From Sedimentisphaerales bacterium (GTDB lineage: Bacteria; Planctomycetota; Phycisphaerae; Sedimentisphaerales; Anaerobacaceae): a stretch of DNA of 64,000 bases. The stretch covers positions 6,496,001 to 6,560,000 of the forward strand of contig OY970194.1 of assembly GCA_963708075.1 (NCBI GenBank), in the 5' to 3' direction. A model generated the notes under the pieces. The model searched no databases. It worked only from the letters and a program-made list of their open reading frames with translations, and had not been told where the DNA came from. A program made the position numbers and the translations under genes. Positions 11,101-19,954 of this stretch are shown one piece after another (positions within the stretch are counted from its first letter, which is position 1; each line of letters starts with the position of its first letter).

Positions 11101-12275
11101 GTGCGTGCCGGATCATTCGGCTCTACTTCGGCCTGCACAGCATCCGCCAACGCAGCGAGATCGTCGGCCGCGGGACCAGGCGGACGGGCATCTGCCCTCG
11201 CCAGGGCGAGAGCCGCAGGGATTGCGACGCCGGCGACGAGCAGCAGGGTGATCAGGCCGGGCAGCCAGGCGAAGCGTCTGTCATCGGCTGTGGGTCGGCC
11301 GAGCAGGCGGGCGATGCGGTCAAGCAGGCTGCCGCCGGTGGCGGCGATGGCCAGCTCGGCCTGGCTGTGGCGGATTTCCTCCAGGCAGGTCAGCGCCCGG
11401 GCATATCGCACGGAGTCGCCGCAGACGCACACGGCCATGTCGTCACAGCAGTTCTCCCGCTCGATGCGAATGCGGTGAGAGACCCACCAGACGGCCGGAT
11501 GGTAAAAGCCGAGGATCTCCACGACCGTCTGCAGCACGTTCACGAGGTAGTCGTATCGGCGGATGTGCGCCAGCTCGTGGGCGAGAATTGCCTCCAGTTG
11601 CTCGGGGCTCAGGCCGGTCAAGGCGCTGGCGGGCAGCAGGATCACCGGGCGCAGCCAGCCGACGACCGTCGGGACCTCGACGAGGGCCGACTCAAGCAAT
11701 GTCACGGCCCGGTGAACGCCGAGCCGGCCGGCGATCTGCGCGAGTCGCCGCTGCAACGCATCGCCAACTCGGTGGACCATGCGGCGTTTCAGCCGCTGCA
11801 ATTGCATCCACCCGCCGAGATGCCACGCGGACAGGCCGAACACGCCGACCAGCCAGCCCAGCACGGCATACGGCAGGGCGGGTTCAAGCGCCGACGTGAT
11901 TCGCTCGTTCCAGGGGACGGGAATAGCCACGTCCACAATTTCCAGCGGCACATCAGAGAGCGTGAATGGCTCATCGGGCATCTGGGCGACGGTCGCAGGC
12001 GCTGCAGTGGTCACTAATGGCTCGGGCTCAGGGCCCGCCTCCGCGGCAGGCCCCCGAACCTCGATAAACTGCATCGTTGCGATGGGCAGCACGACCATCA
12101 GTGTCAGGGCTGCACAGGCGGTCAGGTATCGCACGTTTGCGCTGCTTCTTCGCAGCAGCCGCAGGAAGCCCGCCAGGAGCATTGCCACGACCGTCGCTTG
12201 CCAAAGGAAATGCACCAGCATCCAGCCCAGCCGCTCCACCGTCGCTTGGGAAAGCAGGTTCTCCAGCCACAACAT
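8120..12275 (-). CDS. BlaR1-type M56 metallopeptidase fused to secretin-like and STN-like domains (split by a +1 frameshift at 10517-10523)
   Basis: HELAH + RENCCDD M56 motifs; secretin-type LSSPRV...GVKIDLTPHIG...VTLEI; STN-like FANVDLREVL repeats. Removing one base joins ...EDE-TAGKRLHIL... into one ORF. Confidence 0.8.
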
Positions 12276-12658
12276 TATTGTCCCTCCAAATCATCGAGCA
12301 TTTGTCGGATTCGCTTCAATTCCTTCGGCGAGACCTTCTTGGCGGACAGGGCTCGCAGGACGAGCTTCTCCGCCGAGCCGGCAAAGACCCGGTCGAGCAG
12401 GTCGCCGATCAGTTGCTTCTGCGTGCGTTCCTCCGAGACAGTCGGTCGGTAGATGTGCTTGTGTCCGCCGGTCTCGCGCACCAGCAGGCCCTTGTCCACC
12501 ATGATCTGCATCAGTTTCAGCGTCGTGGTGTAGCCTGTCTCTTCCTCCTGCTTCAGGGCTTCGTGCACGTCCCGGACGGTGCTGGGACCCTTGTCCCACA
12601 GCACGCCCAGGATCGCCAGCTCCCGATCCGTCGGACCCGATGTCTTCTTTCGCGCCAT
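12275..12658 (-). CDS. BlaI/MecI/CopY-family repressor
   Basis: PTDRELAILGVLW...TVRDV...GYTTTLKLMQIM..KGL; translationally coupled to the M56 gene. Confidence 0.95.
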   Translation of the reverse strand: MARKKTSGPTDRELAILGVLWDKGPSTVRDVHEALKQEEETGYTTTLKLMQIMVDKGLLVRETGGHKHIYRPTVSEERTQKQLIGDLLDRVFAGSAEKLVLRALSAKKVSPKELKRIRQMLDDLEGQ

Positions 12659-12702
12659 GACTTTTCTCCTTAATCTCTCCCCGCCTTTTCCATATCGGCA
12701 GG

Positions 12703-12743
12703 TTACGAATGAATTCGTAATAAATCAACGAAAAAATTCGTAG
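12703..12743. promoter_or_regulatory. Putative BlaI-type operator pair
   Basis: Perfect palindrome TTACGAAT-GA-ATTCGTAA (12703-12720) plus an imperfect copy at 12726-12743, directly upstream of the repressor. Confidence 0.7.
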
Positions 12744-12984
12744 TAGCATAAAAATTTCTCGCGGGCAAGGGAAGAACTTCTGACGGGAGAGCCGGCAAGT
12801 ACCACTGGAATGTCATTCCCGTGCAGGCGGGAATCCAGGAACCTGTCGAATGGTCCTCGCTTGGCGAGTCGGGTGACAATCCTGCTCATACTGTTGCAGG
12901 CTCTTGCCGGGAAGAGAGCCTTCGCGATGCACTGCGAGGGCCTCTGCTTCAGTGGGTCTCTCCTGCCTGGCGGGCATTTGCGAA

Positions 12985-15501
12985 TCAGAGGTCTTCTCTC
13001 TCCTCCGTCACAAACCAGACCTCCGCCGGCTGCTTCTCGACTCTGAATTGAAGGCCGGTCTGTCTTGCGAGGTTGTTCAGCAGCGCGGGCAGGTACGTCT
13101 CCTTGTCGATGACTCGTTCCGGGTAGGTGTCCATGAGAGCATCGCAAGACAGGTACCGGATCTTCCCGGTCGGTACCGGATCGGTTCTGTCGTCGATGGC
13201 GATGTTGATACCGTCCGCAAGTTGACGAAGCAGGTCAGCCAGAGAATCCGCTTCGCCTGTGTCCCCGTCCTCGGACAGAGGTGTGTCTCTGGTGATGCGC
13301 AGACAGAACTGATTCGGATCCTCGTCAGGCAAGGGCGTTGGAGTGTAGCGACCCGTCACGACGATGGTGTCTCGCTCGACCGTGCGTTTCTCAAAGCGGA
13401 TCGACCGGCATATCTCTGTGCGGAGGATCTCCTCCAGGGCCCGGAGTTTCTCTTCGACGGAACACCCGTCGCGGATGATCCAGTCGCCCTTCGGAAAAGG
13501 CACACCCCGGAGCTCGTTGGGGACGACGAAATCGTAGTCGGGGATGCCTAGCACCCAGTTCAAAACGCTTCGGGCTCTGGGCAGATTCACGCCCCCGTAC
13601 CAGGCGCCTCGCTTGAGTTGACCGTCCCAGCGAAACCCGCCGCAGATGTACCAGGCATCGACGAGAAGCACGTTGAGCCCACCCTGGCCAAGGCACATGT
13701 CGACCATATAGTCCTGATGCTCGGGCATGAAGGGCGGCTTGACAAGTTTCACCACTTCGCCTTCATCAAGGCGGTATGTCTTGTCGAAGGGTTTCCGCCA
13801 CTCCGTGCGTTGTGGCCAGTCATCGGCGATTGGCCTGACCGGGTCCTGCGGCTCCAGTACCGCCGTGCCCACGTCGATTGTATCCTTGCCTGTCTCCGAC
13901 GCGGCCAACGGGACAGTCTTCATCACGTAGTCGGGGGCGAGAAATCGCAGTCGATACGCATGGTCACGTGGCAGCGCACTAAGCCTGAACTTACCTTCGC
14001 CATTTGCATACCCCGCGGAGATGGGGGTCTGAGGTTGGGGCGGGTCGTCGAGGAATACAATGACGAGAGACTGGGGGATCGGTTGACCGTTGGAATCGAG
14101 CAGGCGCCCCTGAAGTGTGAGACCAGGCTCGAGCCTGACTACGGCAAGGGACGCGGGATCTTGGACTTCCACCATGGCGGCCAAATTCTTATGTCTTTCC
14201 TGCACGACGAGGCAAGCGTTGGTTCCTTCAGCCACCCACGTCGGCGACCAGGGCACTTCGAAGTACCCCTGCCCGTTCGGCTCAACTGCATAACAGGTCA
14301 TGGGCAGGGCGGTCACGTGCACGGGACTGTGACTGAGAGGGTCATTATTCGGGTCCAGCACCTGGCCTCGTATCGTGACGCCCAAGGCGAGCTGCTCGAC
14401 GCACGCGCCGTGGCCGATAGTGCTCTTGACGAATTCCATCGCCTGCACAAACCTCGTCTGAGCGAAGGCGAGGCCGACGGTGATGCAGGCGGTCAGGCCA
14501 ATGGTAGCAAGCGTCCAACGTGGGCCGCTGCAGGGGTTGCTGCATTCGTCCCGGACGATGCGGCGGATGCGGCCGGCGAGTCGCGTCCTGGTGGTCACCA
14601 CGGCGGGGATCAATGCCGCCTGGCCCAGAGCGGTCAGACCCAATAGCGTGCGTGCATAACGCGTGCCCACCTGGCCGGAGGCGATCACCCAATCGTCGCA
14701 GACCTCTTCGCTCAGGTCCGCCAGCCGCCAGCGAACCAGCCAGGAGAATGGCTGCCAGGGCAGCAGGCAGATCATCAGCTCGGCAAGCAGCGCGCTGACG
14801 TGATCGTGCCGCTTCCAATGGGCCAGTTCATGACACAGGACGCTCGACCAATCGAGGCGTGCGTCGCCGCGGGAGCCGCTCGGCACGAGCAGAACCGGCC
14901 GTCGGCCCCAGCACCAGATGACCGGGCTGCGCGCGTGGCCGCTGGCACGCACGATCACATTGTCTTGGACTCCCAGCTTGGCCTTTGCACTGTCGAGGGC
15001 CTCCACGATTGGAGCGCTCTGTGCCGGCGCAGAGCGTCTGACGAGACTCAGACCCAGGAGCAGCCGAGCCAGTAATCGCAGCAGCAGAGTCGAGGTTGCC
15101 CCGAGCCACAGCAGTGGCAGGGCGGTTTGCCACTGGAACCTGGGCGTCACAGGTGCAACCGTCCTTGACAGCGTCACGCCAGCGCCGGCTGGCTCAGCGG
15201 CCGTGTCGCTCACCGGGGCTGGAGCGGTCGTTGCAGGGTCAGTCTCTACGAAGAACGGCTGAGCTTCGCGGATGGAGATTGTTCGCTCCGCCACGAACAG
15301 TCCCCATTGATTCTGTCGCACCGCGTGGCTCAGTGCGGGGATCAGGATCGCCGCGAGCAGCGACAGCAGCAGCAGTTGATGCGCGCGGACCGGCCGGCGC
15401 CGCAAGAGAATACTGCCTGCAAGTCCCGCCGCCAGGCAAGCTGTGCTCTGCCAGGCCAGCGGCCAGAGCCACGGATGTTGTGTGAAGACTTCGCTGATCA
15501 T
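12985..15501 (-). CDS. BlaR1-type M56 metallopeptidase with carboxypeptidase-regulatory-like (Ig-fold) sensor domains
   Basis: HELAHWKRHD, EEVCDD; GQVLDPNNDP and GRLLDSNGQPI repeats. Confidence 0.9.
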   Translation of the reverse strand: MISEVFTQHPWLWPLAWQSTACLAAGLAGSILLRRRPVRAHQLLLLSLLAAILIPALSHAVRQNQWGLFVAERTISIREAQPFFVETDPATTAPAPVSDTAAEPAGAGVTLSRTVAPVTPRFQWQTALPLLWLGATSTLLLRLLARLLLGLSLVRRSAPAQSAPIVEALDSAKAKLGVQDNVIVRASGHARSPVIWCWGRRPVLLVPSGSRGDARLDWSSVLCHELAHWKRHDHVSALLAELMICLLPWQPFSWLVRWRLADLSEEVCDDWVIASGQVGTRYARTLLGLTALGQAALIPAVVTTRTRLAGRIRRIVRDECSNPCSGPRWTLATIGLTACITVGLAFAQTRFVQAMEFVKSTIGHGACVEQLALGVTIRGQVLDPNNDPLSHSPVHVTALPMTCYAVEPNGQGYFEVPWSPTWVAEGTNACLVVQERHKNLAAMVEVQDPASLAVVRLEPGLTLQGRLLDSNGQPIPQSLVIVFLDDPPQPQTPISAGYANGEGKFRLSALPRDHAYRLRFLAPDYVMKTVPLAASETGKDTIDVGTAVLEPQDPVRPIADDWPQRTEWRKPFDKTYRLDEGEVVKLVKPPFMPEHQDYMVDMCLGQGGLNVLLVDAWYICGGFRWDGQLKRGAWYGGVNLPRARSVLNWVLGIPDYDFVVPNELRGVPFPKGDWIIRDGCSVEEKLRALEEILRTEICRSIRFEKRTVERDTIVVTGRYTPTPLPDEDPNQFCLRITRDTPLSEDGDTGEADSLADLLRQLADGINIAIDDRTDPVPTGKIRYLSCDALMDTYPERVIDKETYLPALLNNLARQTGLQFRVEKQPAEVWFVTEEREDL

Positions 15502-15902
15502 TGTTTGCCCTCCTCTTTTGTTTCCCGCTCTTTCTGTTCGATCAGGTGTTTCAATTCGCCGAGTTCGTCGGCGCTCAAATTGCCCTCGCGGATCAGATGC
15601 TGGAACAAGGCGATCGCGTTGCCGGCGAAGATGCTATTGAGGAACTGCCGGACCGAGCCGGCGCCGGCCTGGTCGCGCGTCTGTGTGGGCAGGTACACGT
15701 AGCTCTTGCCCTCGGCCCGATGCCGGAGCCAGCCGGCCTTTTCCAGCTTCTGCATAGCCGAGAGAACCGTCGTATAGGCAAGCTGTTTCTTCTGGGCGAG
15801 CCGATCCCGGACTTGGTGCACGTTGGCCTCGCCCAGTTTCCACACGGCTTCCAGAACTGCCCGCTGAAGCTCCCCCAGATCGTCCAATGGTTTGCGTGTC
15901 AT
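15498..15902 (-). CDS. BlaI/MecI/CopY-family repressor
   Basis: LGELQRAVLEAVW...LAYTTVLSAMQKLEKAGW; overlaps the M56 start (ATGA). Confidence 0.95.
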   Translation of the reverse strand: MTRKPLDDLGELQRAVLEAVWKLGEANVHQVRDRLAQKKQLAYTTVLSAMQKLEKAGWLRHRAEGKSYVYLPTQTRDQAGAGSVRQFLNSIFAGNAIALFQHLIREGNLSADELGELKHLIEQKERETKEEGKQ

Positions 15903-15951
15903 AGGCTTATCTCCATGCGAAGAAGGACACCAACCGTTGCTACTCCAGTAC

Positions 15952-15980
15952 ACAGTACTACGCATCGTAGTAGATTGCAA
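15952..15980 (-). promoter_or_regulatory. Promoter with embedded operator palindrome
   Basis: TTGCAA-17 bp-TACTGT; TACTACG-CAT-CGTAGTA (15956-15972) lies in the spacer. Confidence 0.7.
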
Positions 15981-16153
15981 GCGAAAAATGTGAAAATAGG
16001 CAAGAATTTCTATGGAACGCATGGGGCGGTAGCACCATGCCGTGTGAGAATAAAGAAACGAGCCCGGCATCGCGTGATTGCCAGGCCCGTCGTAAGTCTT
16101 GGAGCTTGTAGGGGCGGGTTTCAAACCCGCCCGTACGGACGCCCGATGCGTCT

Positions 16154-18190
16154 TTACTCTTCCTCTTCCTCCTTCTTCTTGCCGTACTGGGCGACGATCT
16201 GCTGCTGGACGTTCGGGGGTACAGGCTCGTAGTGGCTGAGGGTCATGGTGTAGCTGCCCCGGCCGCCGGTGACGCTTTTGAGCTGGCTGGTGTACTGGGC
16301 CACTTCGGCCAGAGGGACCTGGGCTTTGACGATGATGTAGTTGCCCGGCAGCATGTCCTGCCCGACGACGCGGCCTCGCTTGGAGGACAGGTCGCCGGCG
16401 ATATCGCCCACGTTTTCAGCGGGGATCGTGATTTCGATGTTGACGATGGGCTCGAGCAGGACCGGCTTGGCCTTTTTCACCGCGTCGATGAATGCGCCCT
16501 TGCCCGCTGTGCGAAAGGCCACTTCCTTCGAGTCTACGGGGTGATACTTGCCGTCGGTGACGGAAACCTTAACGTCCTGCATCGGGAAGCCCGCGATGGG
16601 GCCGCTCTGCATGACGTCATTGACGCCCTTGAAAACGGCCGGCTCGTACTGGCCCGGGATCGTGCCGCCGTAAATGTCCCAACTGAACTGCAGCGGCGGG
16701 TCGCTGCCGCGATCGGCGGGTTCGACATTCAAGTACACCTCGCCGAATTGGCCGGCGCCGCCGGTCTGCTTCTTGTGACGATAGTGCCCTTCGGCCTTGC
16801 CCGTGATCGTTTCTTTGTACGGGATCTTGGGCTCCTTTGTGTTCACGGACAGCTTGAAGCGGTTCTGCATCTTCTCGATCATGACGCGAAGGTGCAGATC
16901 ACCGAGCCCCTGGGCCACCAGCTCCTTGGTCTGCATGTCGCGGGTGGTCCGGAAGCACGGGTCTTCCTCGCGCAGCCGGTCCAAGGCGCCACCGATTTTC
17001 TGCTCGTCGCCGCGGGAGGCCGGCTCCATGGCCAGGGCGAACATCGGCTCCGGGAACGCGGGCATATCGAACTTGCCCGACACCCGGCCGTCCGAGACGA
17101 GGTCTGCGATTCTCAGCTCCTCGACCTTGGCGAGCGTGACGATATCGCCCGCGACGCCAGTGTCGATTTCTTTGATCTCGCCACCCTGGGATTTGAGGAT
17201 ATGCCCCGGCCGCACGCCCTTCTTCTCGTCGTTGCGAATGAGGTTCGTATCGGACTTGAGCGTGCCGCTGAAAACGCGGATGCTCGAGTATTTCATGTTG
17301 GATCGCGGATCGAACGCCACGCGGAAGACGATTCCCGCCAGCGGCCCGGCAGGATCGGGTTTCAACTCGGATGCGTTCTCGTCGCCGACCAGCTTCACCG
17401 GCCCGGCCTGGAGCGGGGAAGGCGTGTACTTCGTGATGAAGTCCAGCAGCTCTTTCACGCCCATCTCATGCTTGGCGTCGGTGAAAACGATGGGCACGAG
17501 CGTTCCCGCAGCGAGGGCTTTGACGAACCCGGAGGCAATCTGCCCGGCGGGGATCTCTTCGCCGCCAAGGTATCGCTCCATCAGGGCGTCGTCCGCCTCG
17601 ATGACGCTCTCGATCAGTTGCGTATGAGCCTCGGCCACGTCCATCACAGGGGAGCTACCGCTGCTGTTGACGATGCAGTCGATGACGGAACTCTTGTCCG
17701 CCGAGAGCAGATTGGCACAGCGGCACTGCGAGCCGAAGGTCTCCTGAATCATGTGAATCAGCTCGGGCAGCTCGAGGTTCTCGGCATCGACCTTGTTGAT
17801 AACGATCACGCGGGGCTTCTTCTGCTCCCCGGCGAGCTGGAACATCTTTCGGGTATTGGTCTCGATGCCGGCGGCGGCCCCGATAACGATGATCGCCGTC
17901 TCGGCGGCCGGGATCGCCGCAATCGCCGGACCGACGAAATCGGGGTATCCCGGCGCATCGATAATATTGATCAGTTTGCCGTCGTACTGGGCGAACATGA
18001 CCGACGCCAGGATGGAGTGCTGATGCTCCTTTTCCTCGTCGTAGTAGTCGCTGACGGTGCTCTTCTCGTCAACGCTTCCCAGCCGGTTGATCGCCCCGGT
18101 GAGGTGCAGGATCGCCTCGGCCAGCGAGGTCTTGCCGCTGCCGCCATGTCCTAACAGAACCACGTTCCGAATGTCGCCCGTTGCCGTCAC
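16154..18190 (-). CDS. Elongation factor G paralog (EF-G II / FusA2-like)
   Basis: GHGGSGKT, DAPG, NKVD, KKQTGGAGQFG, YHPVDS, LLEPI. Switch I is QHSI rather than RGITI. GTG start with GGAGG RBS. Confidence 0.93.
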   Translation of the reverse strand: MTATGDIRNVVLLGHGGSGKTSLAEAILHLTGAINRLGSVDEKSTVSDYYDEEKEHQHSILASVMFAQYDGKLINIIDAPGYPDFVGPAIAAIPAAETAIIVIGAAAGIETNTRKMFQLAGEQKKPRVIVINKVDAENLELPELIHMIQETFGSQCRCANLLSADKSSVIDCIVNSSGSSPVMDVAEAHTQLIESVIEADDALMERYLGGEEIPAGQIASGFVKALAAGTLVPIVFTDAKHEMGVKELLDFITKYTPSPLQAGPVKLVGDENASELKPDPAGPLAGIVFRVAFDPRSNMKYSSIRVFSGTLKSDTNLIRNDEKKGVRPGHILKSQGGEIKEIDTGVAGDIVTLAKVEELRIADLVSDGRVSGKFDMPAFPEPMFALAMEPASRGDEQKIGGALDRLREEDPCFRTTRDMQTKELVAQGLGDLHLRVMIEKMQNRFKLSVNTKEPKIPYKETITGKAEGHYRHKKQTGGAGQFGEVYLNVEPADRGSDPPLQFSWDIYGGTIPGQYEPAVFKGVNDVMQSGPIAGFPMQDVKVSVTDGKYHPVDSKEVAFRTAGKGAFIDAVKKAKPVLLEPIVNIEITIPAENVGDIAGDLSSKRGRVVGQDMLPGNYIIVKAQVPLAEVAQYTSQLKSVTGGRGSYTMTLSHYEPVPPNVQQQIVAQYGKKKEEEEE

Positions 18191-18290
18191 TTTTTGACCT
18201 CCAACGACGTTTCCAGAATTACACTTACCTTTGAAAACTGCCAATACTACTACGTTTCCAGGGGATACTCAAGGGCCTTTTTCTGCGAAT

Positions 18291-19093
18291 AATTGGCTTT
18301 GTTTCGCACAACGGCGCCTGCCTGTAGGGGCGGGTTTGAAACCCGCCCGTAAAGCCAAGGCGTTCTTCCGGAGAGTGTGAAGTGTGAAGTTTGAAGTGTG
18401 AAGCTGGGTAGTTCCATGGCTGGCCCCTCCTGCCTGACGCCTGCAACTTCAAACTTGCAACTCCCGACAAATTGGCTTTGTTTCGCACAACCCATTCTCC
18501 ATCCGCCTGCGGGCTCTCGGAATTGGCTTTGTTTCGAATGGCCGGGGCTACGTCATTCAGTAGCATAGGCTGCGCCCACCGCTCGTCCGGCAGGACCAAT
18601 TGGCTTTGTTTCGCACGACCGATCCTCCTGCGAGCCGGCATGCTCTCGAAATTGGCTTTGTTTCACACAGTCCGTCGTCTGACTCCCTGCTGCCTGTCTC
18701 CCGGCAATTGGCTTTGTTTCGCACGGTCGGGCACACGGAAACCTGCACGTCTCGTAGGCGGCTGTGCCCACCGGCGGCCCCATCGCCGCAGAATTGGCTT
18801 TGTTTTCGCAGACGCGCCCTCACCATCTTGCTCCCATAACCTTTTCCCAGAACAGGACTTAGCGCCTATCCCGCCCTCCACGAATTGGCTTTGTTTCGTA
18901 CGGCATGGCCTTCGCTTGACACTTCACACTTCCAACTTGAAACCTCTTTCCGATTGGCTTTGTTCCACACACCTGCATACGCCTGTCATCACACAGCCCG
19001 GCTACGCATCCTCCCGTCTTTCAATCCGCAGTCCGCAATCAACAATCCGCAATCTCCAGGGCTCCCAGCCCCGCGATTGGCTTTGTTTCACAG
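18291..19093 (-). repeat. Array of 10 interspaced ~19-bp direct repeats (AATTGGCTTTGTTTCGCAC on +)
   Basis: Copies start at 18291, 18470, 18521, 18598, 18650, 18706, 18792, 18883, 18952, 19075; spacers are unique, ~32-160 bp. Confidence 0.92.
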
Positions 19094-19158
19094 AATCGAT
19101 CCTTCCGCCAAGCCTGTTTCTTCTCCGCCGGTAGAATCCGCCGGAACTCGGGGGAACC

Positions 19159-19410
19159 TGCCGACGGGGCGTCGGCAAGCGAGTTTTTCGCATTGAGGCC
19201 ACCCGCATGATAGATCGCACGCACCGCTGGTCACCTGTGCCCTGGAAAAGGACGCCAGCCCGAACCATGCTGGAGGCCATGAAGCGGCAAACTCCCATCG
19301 CGAAGCGACGGAACCAACAGTCCCGTCTCACGAACATAGGACACAAGCCATCCGCCGGACCTTGCGGGGAACAAGTTCGGCTCGCTTGTCACAACTCGCT
19401 ATTCAATTAT
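19159..19410 (-). ncRNA. Candidate structured non-coding leader RNA (family not recognised)
   Basis: Follows a near-consensus promoter. 8-bp closing helix 19393-19400 / 19178-19185, GNRA-capped stems (CC-GCAA-GG, TC-GTGA-GA), hairpin CCGTCG-CTTCG-CGATGG, 3' hairpin TGCCGACG-CCC-CGTCGGCA. No convincing ORF. Confidence 0.55.
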
Positions 19411-19416
19411 TCAGGA

Positions 19417-19445
19417 ATTGTACAAACGACCATATTTTCTGTCAA
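19417..19445 (-). promoter_or_regulatory. Near-consensus sigma70 promoter firing into the leader and repeat array
   Basis: TTGACA-17 bp-TACAAT. Confidence 0.8.
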
Positions 19446-19650
19446 GCGAAATCCGGAAGAATGCCGAGAAGTTTCCCGGCCGGAACCGAGATCGACGTCC
19501 CGGAAGAAACCTGTAGCCCAGCCGCCCTCGGCTGGGGGACTCCTCTTGCCCTTCCGGCCTGTCCGAAGAGGGTGAAAAGTGGCCCGGGCCCGCTCGTAGG
19601 GTGGGTCCTTGACCCACGCGGTTGTCTTCCCGGAATTCTCGCTTGTCCGC

Positions 19651-19679
19651 TTGACGTGCGCGACCGGACAAGCTACAAT
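19651..19679 (+). promoter_or_regulatory. sigma70-like promoter (divergent from the array promoter)
   Basis: TTGACG-17 bp-TACAAT. Confidence 0.6.
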
Positions 19680-19954
19680 TGCGGGTGGCATTTGGAGAGA
19701 ATCGCGTGGTGGCAGTACAGGAGACGGACAATCTTAGGGACTCGCCCGGTGCGGACGCGGCAGTGGTCGGTTCACGCGTGGCGGGGGGGGGGGAATGACA
19801 TCCACAAGCAGCCTGAAGTTGTTGGATCCCCCGCGCGAGGCGCTGCGGTCACGTTATGGTCGCCGGCGTGTAGTATCAGGACGACAGAAGAAATAGGTAT
19901 GACGTCCCCCGAATTCGGACATCATGTGTTGCATCTAAATTCTGAGCTGATTAC

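Noticed and set aside
16232..18154. Long antisense ORFs (also 49604-52105, 22918-24369, 24726-26024, 32665-34011 and others)
   Set aside because: Shadow ORFs opposite well-supported genes, expected in high-GC DNA.
18291..19093. Canonical CRISPR array
   Set aside because: The repeat is only ~19 bp and degenerate, spacers vary from ~32 to 160 bp, and there are no cas genes in the window. Reported as a non-canonical array instead.
18225..19346. ORFs with NWLCF / CETKPI / RNKAN / AKQSQ repeats
   Set aside because: These are translations of the same DNA repeat in different frames; no consistent frame or RBS.
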